From: Camelus ferus
Taxonomy: Eukaryota
Assembly (NCBI RefSeq): GCF_009834535.1
Contig: NC_045697.1
Location: 91,328,001-91,392,000, forward strand
DNA: 64,000 bases
Reading direction: 5' to 3'
This document shows, piece after piece, positions 11,371 through 24,980 of the stretch (its first letter is position 1; every line of letters starts with the position of its first letter). Under the pieces are notes generated by a model. That model was given only the letters and a program-made list of their open reading frames with translations. It was not told where the DNA came from and ran no database searches. A program made the translations under genes and the position numbers.

Positions 11371-13558
11371 TCGCTCTCTGTTTACCACAGCCAAGGGGGA
11401 ATTTAAATTTTCTTTTTGTAAAATGATAGCTGCAGTTGAATGACTTAAAACGGCTACATTTTTGGGGATTGAAAGAATCTGAAGTTTCCATTAAAGAGAA
11501 TGCTTAGGGGCTTCTTTCCCAAAGGTTTTTATTAGGTGAACTATTTTTCCTTTTTAGAAAACCCACTGTGAAAGGCTAGCTCTCTAGTTACTTGTAGCTC
11601 AAGGCTAATACCTTTCAAAGTTAATGAACTAGTTTTAAGATACATGATTTCCCTGGAAGCTGATTTAGGTAGTGATCCACTAATGGTTAGAGAATTACTA
11701 TAGTAAGTTGTATTTGATCAAATCACAGCTAATCAAGATTTAATCATTTATAGGTGGAGAAAAGAAGTGTTCAGTGTAACCCTGTTTACACTGACAACAC
11801 TTTTGATACAATAATATGTTGTAGTAGACTGGGCAGCACACATTGGAGAGATGCATAGGATGTTCTGTGGATGACACTTTGTAGCAAGTACCCGCAACCC
11901 AGAATTCCTAATGCCTTTTTGTCCCAAAGGTTTCAGTCTCTTCTAATGTAACTTTTAAATCCGATGACTTTTTAATTGTTTGGTTATTTTGCCTTCTTCC
12001 CTAAGTTTGTGTATTTTTATGTATGTATCTGACCTGGCATATTTCATTACGACTTTTTAGCCATTTAAGTGTCACATATCTGCCTTCCTCCAAACACCAG
12101 CCAGAGATAAAGGGAGTTGCTTGAACATGCAGTAGTACTTGAACTTGATTCCATTTTAAGGTCATAGGCTGCTTTCTAACAAGAAAAGTTGAGTGGGATG
12201 CCGCAGATTTTAAATGTTCATTTAAAAAGATCCCCCACCCTCACTTATTAGTTCCTCCTCCCTCACTTGACAGGTTTTCAACCTATAGATGAGTGTTTTA
12301 GTTTTATATTAGTTACCAAGGCTGAAAGAGTAGTATAAAGGGAAGATAGTGAGAAATGAGGTCTGCCTGAGAGTGAGACCAGGGAGAAAAAACTTTTTGG
12401 AGTTTAAAGAAATGTTATATTGTAGAAACAAACCATTGCTTAGCTGAGAGACTTTGGGAAGAAGAATTAACTTGCTGAGAATAAAAGCAGATGTCCTTGT
12501 GTCTCACCTTCATAAATAACTGATTTTTGACTTTAAGGAGCCCTTAGTGGCTTAAAGTATTATTACAGAAGTGGTGTTACATGTACATTGTTGAAAATTA
12601 GAAATTACAGAGGAGCAAATATAACACATTTCTACCACCTACAAATCATCATTGTATTGTTTTACAGGTAATTGTGTGTATGTATGTATGTTTTAATCAA
12701 AATGAGATCATACTGTATATACAGTTGTGTAAGGAGATTTTCTTTTCCTGTTAGCTAGTTTTCATTTCATCTATTATTGGGACATAATCAGGTTTCCTCT
12801 TGGCCCCAAAATACAACAGCAGCTTTGTCTGAAACAGTGTCCAGTCAAGGATCGTTTATTGCATCTGGTTGTTTCCTGTAAGGTTTTAATCTGTAGTGAC
12901 TTTTTGATAGAACTGACATTGAGGAGGCGTGCCTTTGGAATTAATCATGATTGGACTTTAAAATCCTATTTTGATTCCAACTTTTTAATTGTAATTTGGA
13001 AATCTGATTTGTAGATTATCTGTTTGAAAACTACTTTAAAGAAATTTGCTTGAGGAATGTATCCACAGACTTGCTGGAAAGAGTTATCAACTCTGTTTGT
13101 GTTTCAGTACTGAGGTGGTTGGAAGAGCAAACATCAAGATACCAAACACTGACCATATCCTGTATCTTTAGGGTTTGTCAGGAGTGAGGAGGTGGCATAT
13201 GACTCACAATACTGCCTGCTTCCTTGCTTCCCTGTTGGTGAAGCTCTCCTCGTTTAGGATTATGGGGCATCTGTTAGACTGTTAACAGTTAATGTCCATC
13301 AGAATTTGCATTATAAGCCCAGTTTTCCCACATGGTTAATAAAATAGATATCCTCTGGAGGAAAATATGACATCTTAGCCAATATCATGCTTTTTATTTG
13401 GATTGACATTAAAAAGTTTGGCTTGGTTGTTCAAACAGTGGGAGTTATACCAGTGTTAAACTTAAAAAAAAATTTTTTAATTGAGTTATAGTTTAAACTT
13501 CTTTCCTCACCTTCCTGTTCAAGCCTGTAAAACTTAGAATACTGTCACCATATTCAAC

Positions 13559-13591
13559 TATATATGTATATATATATGTGTATATATATAT
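13559..13591. repeat. (TA)n microsatellite, interrupted
   Basis: tatatatgtatatatatatgtgtatatatata. Confidence 0.85.
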
Positions 13592-14454
13592 TTTTATTTT
13601 AAATAAAGGCTGTCTTTACTTGGAGTTGTTAGTTTCTTAGATGGTATCAGGAACCTTAATTGGAAAAGTATTTTAGTTCCTGAGATAGTTAAGTCGTTAC
13701 CTTAAATTTTAGTGTTCAGTGTATTTTCTCCATTTTCAAGATTTTGCAGCACTTTATGTTATCTTGTATTTAAAATTTGGACAATTAATGTGTTATTTGC
13801 AGTGTATGTTATTTCAGAAAGTTGAGACTTAACTGAAAGAGTCTTGCCATTTGCCTGGTGTACTTACACAAAAATATTACTCTTTGATCATGAGGGATAT
13901 ATATTTTGATGTTTTCACAGTTGGTGGGCTCTGATGGAGTAAGTTAACTCTGCATTCCTAATAATGCAAGAGTGGCCATGGAGGCCTTTTTACCTTTGAG
14001 TTGAAGTGGCATCTTGTCTTTTAAGTTTAGCTCGGATTGAGTGTCATGGAACAGAGAGAAAATCTAGCTTGAGAGGATACTGATCCTGACTCTTGGCAGT
14101 GTTCTTGTGGCCTAGCCTTATCTAGCCTGGTCCTTGAATAATTATTGAGGATGTCTTTCCTCTCCTGAATGCAACAAAAATAGATTGCTAGAAATGGAAT
14201 GGAAAGCTTAGTAGCTGGGCAAGAGATGGGATATTTCCATTTTTGAGTCCTTTGTTAATGCTAGACCAGTAGTATATGATGTGCACTTAGCAAATGTTCA
14301 GGGAACCCCTACGTCTTCCCCTTCGCAAGGACCTAACTTTTCATGAATACTCTAAAACCAGTCCAATATTTACTTTTTGCTTTTGATTTCTTGGGTGGAG
14401 TTATGACATAATAAGGTGATTGAGGACAGTAGAAGTAAGTTTATTTATTTACTT

Positions 14455-14628
14455 GAGTAAAGGTAGATTTATTTAGAGAGATACACACTGAATAGAGTGC
14501 AGGCTGTTTCAGAAGGCAAGAGAAAGGCCACAAGGTGTGGGGATTGGAAGCTCAGGTTAAAGTAAAAGTAGATACACACTCCATAGACAGAGTGCAGGCC
14601 GTCTCTGAAGACCAGAGAGAGAGAGGCC
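14455..14628 (-). mobile_element. 174-bp ERV-LTR-like insert flanked by a 13-bp TSD
   Basis: The perfect direct repeat tatttatttactt lies at 14442-14454 and 14629-14641. The insert has two internal imperfect repeat units and a minus-strand AATAAA at 14468-14473. Confidence 0.65.
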
Positions 14629-15482
14629 TATTTATTTACTTTTAAAGCTTTAGGTTCTTTTGGACTTACTTGTTGAAGGAATTAAAACAGAATTTTCTCT
14701 TGTTTTTGGAAGTACTCCCAATTGTCAATAATAAGTACCTTTTAATATCGATCATTTAATGTCTGCACAGGAGATCTTATTAATTTGAAAATTAATGACT
14801 ACTTCTAAGACAGTTTCTAAGGAGTTATTTTAAGTGAAGTTTGAAAACTTTTACTACTAATGCAGGGTAAACAGCAAGAATTGGCAAGGTTAATAAGTTG
14901 CTGGAGTTTGAGCTGTGTGGCTTGCTTTTGTTTAGCACAGAGTACACTTAATGTGATTTAAGATTTTTCTTGATTACTCATGGTCATTTTTATCAGCATT
15001 AATTATTTCAGTGTTGAAATACAATGATGCACTTAAGAGGTGTAGGCTGAGTACTGGTGGCTTGTAGCTTTTTTAAGGTCAAGGACATTTTTGAGATCCA
15101 AAACCTGTGGAACCTCTTCCTCAGAAAAAGCAGGTTGCACTGAAATTTTCATGTCATTTCAGGGTTTGGATGAATACCTTTAAGTGCATCCTTGGATTCC
15201 AGTTTAGTATTTAAATTCTGGTGAATTTTTTTTTTTTATCACTATTAACCATGTATTATAGTACATGCCTGCTTAGAACATTTTTCTGCTTATTGGTTAC
15301 TGGCTTGAAAATCAGATAAGCATGTTAGAAGTTACAAGTTAGTACTATATGCTGACCCCAAGTAGGAGCCTCAGGGTTTTTTTTTTTTTTTTTTGAGAAA
15401 AATTCATGGGTTTCTAGACATGGCCTTTATTTAAGTCACTTAGAGAACACCCTCTCCTTACTGCCAGTGTATTGATTTACAG

Positions 15483-15780
15483 CAAGGATCAGTAAACTTT
15501 TTAGTAGAGGGCCAGATAGTAAATATTTTAGGCTCTGTGGGCCTGATGGTCTCTGTTACAGCTGTTCAGCTCTGCCACCATAAGTGCAAAAACAGTGGAC
15601 ACAAGAGGTAAATGAACATGGCTGTGTCCCAATAACACTATTTACAGGCAGTGAAATTTAAATTTTGTATGATTGTCAGGTGTCGTGAAATGTTCTTTGA
15701 TCCCTTCTCCCCAGACCATTTTAATATGTAAAAACCATTCTTAGCTCAGAGGCTGGACAAAAACAGGCTGTGGACCCCTG
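15483..15780. mobile_element. MER58-like hAT-Charlie DNA transposon
   Basis: Contains agggccagatagtaaatattttaggct, ends gacccctg, and has a degenerate 8-bp TSD (atttacag / atttataa). Confidence 0.8.
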
Positions 15781-18700
15781 ATTTATAATGAGACACAGCA
15801 TTACCTGGTCATTGGATTGTTTCTGTTGGGACTGAATTCCCCTTCTGATAGGAACCTGAAATAACAGCTTGAAGTCAGAAGTTTGTTTGATAAATAGGGA
15901 GGGATCTGGCTAGTCTAAAGGCTGTGGCTCTTAACTCTGGTTCCTTGATCCGATCCTCTGAGGATAGGATGTGTGACATGGGATCCTGTGTACCTAGGAA
16001 AGCACAACCAGGTAGTCACACCCTGCAGGGGAGCCAGGCGGGGAAGCCCTGTGTAAGGGAATGTACATTGTAACCTGGGGATCCCTACAGAGGCAGATAA
16101 CCTCTCTCCAAGTAGGGTGTGTGTGTCATGCCAATCAGAAGTTAATGCCTGCTGCTCAGGGGATTCATAACCATGTGATAGTGTTCAGGGGACGACTAGC
16201 ACATGCTCCTTCCAACTCTACCTTTTGTACACTTCACCGGTTAAAATGGCATTTGCAACCATCTTCCCATCAGCTTGCCAGGAAACTTTCAGGTTCCAAG
16301 TTAACAGACTATCGTTTATTAGAGTACATTTTAGTTGTCTGCTCCCTGTTAACATATAAGGCATAGCCTTAATATTAAAGATAACCTCTTTCTAAATCCT
16401 AGTAGGTGTCGAGTGGGAGGCCTGTGCAGGCACCTGGGAGGAGGTGGGTGGCACAAGAGGGCCACCCACCTTGAGAACTGGTCTTTGGTTCAGCCACTGG
16501 CTTTGCCCTAGACCTGTCTGCATCTTTACTCTTGCTGCTTAACCTCTCCAGAATTCATTGTATATACTTGCCTTTAACATTAGGAAAGGTAAATTAAATT
16601 ATCTTTAAAATGTTTTCTAGTGCCACAGTTATGGTTTTATGGGTTTCTTTGGGGAAGATTTCCTGTAGACATAATCCATGGTTGAGACTCTTTTCAGCTT
16701 TAGCCTCAGAGAATACTTTCCAGACCTTGGTGCTAGGTTTTGAGACTGTCTTATGTTTCCATGACCATAATAAAGACTTGTACAATTGTGATGAAATATT
16801 TGTTTTCGTATGTAATTCAGATGATGTGTAAATGGAGTTTTTGTTAAGTGTGCCATCTAGGTCTTCTAATGTACGACATTGGGAATCTGACTTTTTTTTT
16901 TTTAAACAGTACTTTAAAAATTTTTGGTGACTTAACATTGTTAGTGGTAACTGATAGTTTCTGACAACCGGCTATAATCAAGGAACAAAGTTCCTCAGAA
17001 CAGCTGCATTTCAATCTGTGTGCAGTGTAATTGTCATTAGCTGGTTGAGTCTGGTTTCTGCAGAAGCTGCTTTGTATATCCTGTATAAGAACATCTGGTT
17101 TGAGCATTTAAAAATCTTTTAAAATTACCCTGTAGTCACTTTGCATTTATTGGCTTATTCTTCCAAGGGTGGAATAAGGGGGTTAGACTACTTTCCTGTC
17201 CTTATCCTTACCTTTGTTTCGTTCAGAAACCAACTCCTAACTAACGCTTTTCTAAAGTGTTATTCTTCAGTGAACTTAGAGTTTCACCTGAAGATTTGCA
17301 CGTGTGTGTGTGTGTTTATTGGAGGGGGGGATAAATAAGAATTTGGTTCAGAGACCAACCCCCCCAGGGCAGAATGGAACACATCTGATTTCAGTGAAGT
17401 GCTTTGGAAAAATGTATTTTCATATATTCTGAAGAGATTGGTTTCACCTTTTCCCTGGTAAATTGTCAAAAAGTATAAAAAGGACCTACAGGGCAAATAT
17501 TATCTCACAAATTCTGACTGGGTGATAGCACTGTGTTAAGGAGGATTCTGAAGTCATGTCTGGGCTTGTAGGAAAAAAGAATGACCTAATTTATTAACCA
17601 TGCCTGCCATTGGTAAAGGAGGAAATAGAGTATTTGGTAAACATCTCTGGAATGTAGCTTTTTTAAACTTTTTTTCCCCAAAATAGTGCTGCTCTTGAAA
17701 TGGATAGGAAGTTGAGTATTCTTTAAGGGTAGTTTAAACCCTTGTTTTCCTGTCTGGATTAGTTTTCCTGTTCTTACTGAATATACTTTTAGTGACCTGC
17801 TACTGGCATTGGCTATTCTTACGTTTTTAAAACTTTTGCTTTTGAAGTAAATAATGAATGGGTGATAATAGCACTTTATGGCATTATCCTATTACCTTTT
17901 CTGTTTTTTTTTTTTTTTCCTTCCCTCCTGCACTATTTCATCAGGTATTCTTTTGAAGCAAGGCAAGCCGTTGATAGCCCATCTCAGGAAGGAGGTGGGG
18001 TATACATAGTTTATTTGATGGCTGCTCATTTTAGGCTGGATTCTGTGTGGGGCCAAGAACTTGTGCTCCCAGGGTCTTTTGTAATATGATGAGGAGCAGG
18101 GAAGGAAGGTTTTGGATTTTAAATCTTTACTATTATAAATAGAGTAGTACAGGATCATGGTAAAAAAAAAAATTAAAATCATGTGAAAGGTCATACAGAG
18201 AAGTAAAAGTTTAAGAATTCCCAAACTAGTCTATCTGGAACACTTAAGTCAAATTTCTCAGAGATAAACACTGTTAACTTTAACGTTCTTACAGAAATTT
18301 TCCACGAGTATGCAAGCAATTGGTGTATGTATTCTCTTCCCTCCTCTTTTATATATAAATGGGCCAAATTTCAGTTTTTTTCCCCTACAGTTTGCTGATG
18401 TTTCTTGATAAGTTTTCAGCATCTTCCATATCTGAGCATATAGATCTAACAGAAAGGAGTTCTTAATAGATGGAAATAGGGATAGAAGCTCGAGATTGGA
18501 GGCCGTGGTGACTGATTGCCTTTACTGTTTGGGGCTGTATTCATTTACTCCCACGTAAAGGGGAGTTAACAAAAATATATTCCAAATACAGATGATTGGG
18601 GTGTTTTGTCATAGCTGCTCTTCAGGTGCTGGCTCTAATTGAGTCAGTAATTACAGAGACCTGGGAGGGGTTTAATAGATTGTTTTAGGGCACATAAGCA

Positions 18701-19883
18701 GGGATTGGATTATTTACAAATTGGCAAATGGGAGCTGCCTGTGAGTCATTCAGAACCACTCATTTGTAAATTCCTTGAAATCTTGAAAAATCCTTCTATT
18801 GACTTTTAAGGTCTGAGTTTAAAAATAGTTTGTAAAGAATTTATGGTGAACTAATGTGTAATTTGGGCTTTATTAGTAACATAGGAGTAAATATTGCAGT
18901 TATTATCTGGTCAGTTCTTACAATATTTTTGAGGTGGTCATTTATTGCTAATACAAACTCTTCAGCTGAATATTTTCAAGTATGATGTCTTTGCAAAGGC
19001 TTTATAGTAGCTTGGGCAGCATTTCCTTTTAAACAAATTTTGATGTATGACATTATAAAGGACACATTTTTAAAAGTTCCATTTTTCTGGGTTAAAATAT
19101 TTAGACAAGGTTAAAACTTCAACACTTAAGAGCAGAGCAGTTTGTCAGTTAAATCAAGTCTATGACTACTTTTTTGACCAGATGTAAATAACTCTTTGGT
19201 TAAAGTGAGAAATCTGGGTTTAAGTTATAGTCACACTAGTATTTTTAGACTCTGAGCATATGAATTAGATAGTGTTGTCAATTTGAAAACTTACTATCTA
19301 GGCGATTAATGTTTGCTTTAAAAACTGAGGTAAGAAATCAGCTGGATTTCCTTCACATGCATTTAGGGACAGGAGGTTACTGTGAAGTATAGGTCATTAT
19401 TATTTTTGGGTACTTTGTTCCATTGAGTACTGTATGCTCCACAGAAGTCAAAAAGATGACCTATTAAGACAATGTAAATCTCTTTATGGGGAAAGTAGTT
19501 TATGACCAGTAACTTAGGACTCAAATTATTAATTACATAATGTTTAGAAATAATATTCAAATTGTGTGAACTTAGCAAATAGAAACAGCTCATTATAAAA
19601 TACTTTTTATATAAAGACTGCTTGGTGTCTGAAAATATGTTCTTCAATATATATTTTGTATTATACATTTTCTAAATACGTTTAAAAATATAGTATGTTT
19701 AAGTATTAGATTACTAACTTTGGCAGAGAATGGAAGGACACCTATACATTTAAAGGTAAAGTAATGGAAGTTATTCTAGTTAAAGGTTGATTAGATATTG
19801 AAGTGAAACATCTCTTTCTATAAAGCTGAGTGAGCATAGGATATAGTTTATGTACAGGAACTCAGTCATTCATCCCATAGGTT

Positions 19884-20168
19884 TTTTGTTTTTGTTTTGA
19901 AGCATAGTCGGATCCGATATGTCAATTTCTGGTGTACAGCATAATGTCCCAGTCATGCACATAGATACATATATTCGTTTTTATATTCTTTTTCATTAAA
20001 GGTTATTATGAGATATTGAATATAATTCCCTGTGCTATACAGGAAAAAAAAAGGACACTAATGAACTCATCTACAAAACAAACAGACTTGCAGACATAGT
20101 AAACAATCTTATGGTAACTGGGGGAAAGGATAAATTTGGGTGTTTGAGATTTGCAAATGTTAGCCACT
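19884..20168 (-). mobile_element. Young L1 3'UTR insertion with 5' inversion
   Basis: A minus-strand tail and 3' end run to ~20043, followed by a plus-strand L1 3'UTR segment (aatgaactcatctacaaaac...). ataggtt flanks both sides. Confidence 0.75.
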
Positions 20169-21559
20169 ATAGGTTATTTTAATACATAGCTAATCCACTA
20201 CATTGGTGATACATAGAGAAGTAGTATGTATTGGTCTTTAACTGAGTACCTTTTAGAACTTCTTCAGTGAAATAAATAAGAATGGATAGTTGTGGATAAA
20301 ACTGGAAAAAAAATCAGCCTTTCTGCATATAAACCATAAGATAATTAAAGCCACTAGGGTGTAATCCTTATTATAGCTGTAGAGTTTATGGCCTGATAAA
20401 TGGTCCCTGTTCCACTACAGAGAGTAATTCTAGTTACAGGACAGTTTGTTTTCTTCAAATCTGTCCCTCTTTCCTAGGAGTAGCATTGAATAAACATCCT
20501 CAAGTTCTTAATCATCTTACTCTTTCGTAAAAGCTCTTCTCTCTTTGTCCTCTTGGTCATTTCTCACTCTTTCTTAGCTAGAGTCACATACCAGTCATGC
20601 CTCCCTGGTACCACACCCAGGTCACTGAACTTGTTCACTTGCAAATTCCTGAGCCACCTAGGGCATGGGTTCCTTCAGCTAATGGCTGCTCTGAGCTAAA
20701 TGCCTACTGATTTTCTTTCCCCCAGTTTCTGTCAGAGGAAACTGAAATTTCAGGGTTTTCAGTTACATTGCTTTCTCACGTACTGATGCCATGTCCCATC
20801 ATAGTCTGTGCATGGTAATCCTGTAACCTTTATAGCCGTTATCACACTGAAGTTACTGGTCTAGATATTTGCTCACTGTATCTCTCTGGGGGTCATTCCA
20901 TATCTTGTTCACCATGTCTCTGGCACCTAACTTGATGCAGTTTTAACTAAATTAATGTATTAGCTAATCTACACTACATTTTAACCCATCTGATAGAAGA
21001 GGTCGAAGAAGAGTCATCTGCATGTGATTTAAGTAGGGTTTAGGGCCAGCAGGTAGGATGGTACCTATGCTTCCTGAGAAGCTGGTGCCACCACAGGTGC
21101 CTGGTTGTCTTGGCATGTCCCTCCCTACAGTGGAGATGGAGGTGCCAAAGGACTGTCACTTGACTGCTCCGTCCACGGTCTTTGGACAATGACTTCCTCT
21201 TACTTGGCCTTTCCAGGCAGTGCTGTGATTATAATCTGGCTTCCTAGGTAAGTCTTTCACATTTTGTGCAAAGTCCCAAATGCCTTATAGTTTGTATTTT
21301 GTCTGCCTGGCTGTTAATAACTTCTCATGGCGGGTGGACATTCCAGGCTCCTGTAAATGGCATCCCTCTGAGTCAGCTTTGATGGAACCAGACAGGATGT
21401 GAGGACAAGCCCTGCTGAGGATTGGATCCAGAGTTCTGGGAGGCATCTGTTCTAGCCACCCTGTGAAGTCCTATTTCTGTTCAAGAACCCTCTCTCTGAT
21501 GTCTTTGTTTCACATTTGATTTGAGAGGATCTCTGTTCTCCAGAACTTACTATAAGCTT

Positions 21560-22230
21560 TAGAGACACACATGTATAGAACATTTAAGTGATGGTATAAG
21601 GCAGGAGTTGATTGACTACTGAAGAAAATGGTATATTAAAAAGGGTGAAGAAGTTTTAAAATAAGAAAAAAGATGAAATGAGTGGTGTAGATGCTTTTAA
21701 TTGGAATGGTGGACGGTACTTAGTGGCTTTGCACTGAGCCTGGAGACGAGGTGGTGTTGAGATGGGTGGGGAGGACAGGACCAAGGAGCACCATCAGCAG
21801 AGGCTGAGGTTGGAAAGAAGGGGTGCTTTCAAGGACAGAGGCCAGGCAAGCTGGCTACAGGGGCTTGTTTGGAGAGATGTTTAGGTAGAGCAGGGAGGAG
21901 CCTGGTGGAGGAAAACCTCTAGGTTTCTGGCTGGACTCATTTGCATTGTGAAACAGAGAGAGATGGGCATAGGGAATAATGTGATGAGGTCACCTTGTAG
22001 GAAGGCTCTGTTTGTTTTAATAATTGGAAGGGTAAGAAACTGGGCACGTAGAATAGAAGGGTGGTGCTTGAAGTAATCTCGGTGTAGGTGGCTGCAGAGC
22101 TGGTGGGGCAGTAGGAGGACTTGAGAGGGTCATATGTTATGAAATGATAAGCCATGGCAATTGAATAGAAAGATCAGAAGGGTTGTATATTAGTAAAGAA
22201 ATGGGCAAGCAGCAGTAAGATTCCGAACGT
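21560..22230 (-). mobile_element. Degenerate L2 fragment
   Basis: Purine-rich L2-like sequence; ends approximate. Confidence 0.45.
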
Positions 22231-22931
22231 GAAGATGCTGGTGACGTGTACGGTGTTAAATATTACAGTGCTTTGCCCAGAGTGTCGTGCAGCTGCTTTT
22301 TGTTACCTCCCTTTTGTTCTTCAGGACTCTGCTCAGAATCTTACTGACTCCATCAGCCTGTGCTCCTGTAGAGCCTGGTGTTTACCACTGTCAGGCACTA
22401 ACACTGAATTCCTGTTGACTTGTCTGTCACCTCAACTAGACCAGAAGCTCCATGAGGTCAGGGACAGTCATTTTCTCTCCAGCACCTCCTAATATATTAG
22501 GTATTCAGATGTTCGTAGGATGCATTATAGGCTAATGTATTTTTTTGCTGCTTTCTCTGGAGTGTTGCAAATAGCCTTATTATTATTATTATTACTTATT
22601 CTACTGCTGTCTAGATAATAATCAGCCATTGCCTTAAATGATACTGAGGGCCCTCTGCTTTCTCTCACTGGCTTCATTGGACAGATGTTTGCAGCAGACA
22701 GGCACTGTACTGTCTGTCTTAAAGATAGTAACATGTGCGTACTTTGATTTCTTGATAGAGTAAGTAACCCCAGGTGAGATAAATCAGCCTGATGTCAAGG
22801 ATTAAGTACATTAGAGCCTCAGAAGAGGCACTGCTGGCGTGCACTCTCCCCGTTACTGCGCCAGCTTCCCTGGAGAAGTACAGCACGACAGTCTCAACCT
22901 TATTCATCAAGGTCTTTCAGGGTGGATGAAA

Positions 22932-22999
22932 ATTAGAAGGGAAATATTATTTTTACTCTTGTTTCATTAGAAGGGAAACATTATTTTTACTCTTGTTTC
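22932..22999. repeat. 34-bp tandem duplication (2 copies, 1 mismatch)
   Basis: attagaagggaaa(t/c)attatttttactcttgtttc twice. Confidence 0.95.
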
Positions 23000-23256
23000 A
23001 CTTGCAAGTACTTATGTGTGTTTAGGAGGATCGTTCTGTCCTGGCCAGTGCTTGCATCTTGCACACAGTGACTGTTGAGGTGCATGCTTTCTCTGGAAGC
23101 TGTGTTTGAAAGCACAGAGGAAGGCATTTTGATTTTAAAAGATTCTAAGTTCTCCAGACTCTTGCATTTAGGTAAATGTCAGTTGTCCGAATCAGTGATG
23201 TAACCAGCGTTTGTTTCCTCATTTCCAGCTGGGGAGCTTTTGATGGGTTTTCGCAG

Positions 23257-23296
23257 CCTCTTCTCAGTTCTCACACCCTCTTCTCAGTTCTCACAC
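23257..23296. repeat. 20-bp perfect tandem duplication
   Basis: cctcttctcagttctcacac twice. Confidence 0.95.
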
Positions 23297-24980
23297 CCGC
23301 TCCTGAGGTGGGGGCTGTATTCTTGCCCTGATGCTTCATGCTGTTAACTTTTAAGGAATTCCTCTTTAGGTGGCACTTTTTTTTTCCCTCTTCTTTTTCT
23401 CAAGCTCTCTTGTAATGCAGGCTCTAAGGAGCTGAAGCTGTTGCTGGGAATAAGCAGGCTTTGCCTTTCTGTTTTCTCCTTGTACCTCCTGTTGGGTCCG
23501 GGGTGGAGCAGGGGTGCCTTCTTCTAGAAGATTGTTGAAGAGAGGTCGGCTGTCAGCAGTTGGTGTTTCGGCACAAGCTGACAGGGTAGGGAAAACAATT
23601 GTTTCCAGTGGGGAGTGGGCCCCAGGGGTTTGTCGCTGTGGAAGTCTTTCTGGGGTGGACCTGCCCCAGGCGAGCCCTGGGTGTTAGAGTTACAGGGAAA
23701 TGGGGCTCTGCAGGAAAGGGGTGGGTGGGCTTTAGGACTGTGATCCTGCTTCACAGTGTGAAACCCTAGTACTCACGTCCTGGCTTCCTCTTGGAAATTC
23801 TTTTAATGGCTTTTGAAGAATCAACTGGTAAAAATCTGCAAACCTAACTGGATAAGTTAAGGAAACAGGTAGCCCGTTACCACTAGCTACCTGTGTCTTA
23901 GAAAGAAAATATAAAATATTGAAATTAAAGATTAGGGGCCTGAATATTTGAATGAATCATAGGTCTATTTTGTAGGTGGGAACAGACTACATTGTGCGAT
24001 AAGCTTTCTTCTTTTTCTAACTTCCTCTTTTACAGGTCCATTTAGAATGGACCTTTGGGTTTTTAAATTCTGACTTGTTCTAGGACAGTTCTAGAAGTTT
24101 CTGTCTTACTCTAGTACAGTGGTTCTCCATATTTTTCTCCACACTGCTCTGTGTGCCACGTTCCTGGAAACACACCACATTGTAATGCTGAAAGGGTTGG
24201 GGTGAAGTGTAGTGAAATTAGATTTAGAATCAGACGTTCCCTGTTCACAATGTGACTAGGAAACTGAAGCCAGAAAAAGGTTTAGGCAGTGACTTGCCCA
24301 AAGATCCTAGTCAGTAAAGGAGAGGGGTCTGGATCAGAACCATATGATATCTGTGGTCCCTTCTTTTTCCAGCTTTGAATTGCTGACAGGTTGGAGATGA
24401 CTAGGGGAGGCATTTGCATTCCCAGTGCCCCATTTGTTTTGTTCCTAGAACTCTAGGTATTCAATTTGTAGGAATCTTTTAGCAAAATTTGCCTAAAAAG
24501 CATGATGATGCCCAGAGCAGTGTAAATATTCACACATTCAGGCACAACCCCATCCTCACTCCCCATATACACGTGGAAAATATTAATCTGTCTGTAGTGA
24601 GGAAGCACTGTGCTCATTGCCATGGGTTTTTTTCCTGCAGTGTTTGCTGCCAGTCAGCTAGAGACTCCTGGAGTAGTTGTAGTGATAATGTCACAGGAAC
24701 GGGAGAGAAGCCTGGCACCTTTGGGAGACCTGCTGATAAGTGACTTCTCTGCCCCTCCCCCTCCTTTTCAACCTGTTCTGTTAATGAGTGCACCTAATTA
24801 TGTATCTTTGGTCTTTTTACTATTTACAATTCAAATGCTACTTAAAGCCGATTGTTTGCTTTTGTATGCTGTAAATCCTGGGCTGCCATCTGAAGCACAA
24901 CTTGATGATTGTGTATTATCATCTTGGGTTAAGTGCTGTCTCATTGCTTTGCAGGCTGCCTGCTGTTTCCCGGGGAGATC

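Noticed and set aside
7986..11443. Many long overlapping ORFs (up to 309 aa) on both strands
   Set aside because: Expected from stop-codon scarcity in GC-rich CpG-island DNA. The products are low-complexity Arg/Pro/Ala/Gly with no recognisable domain.
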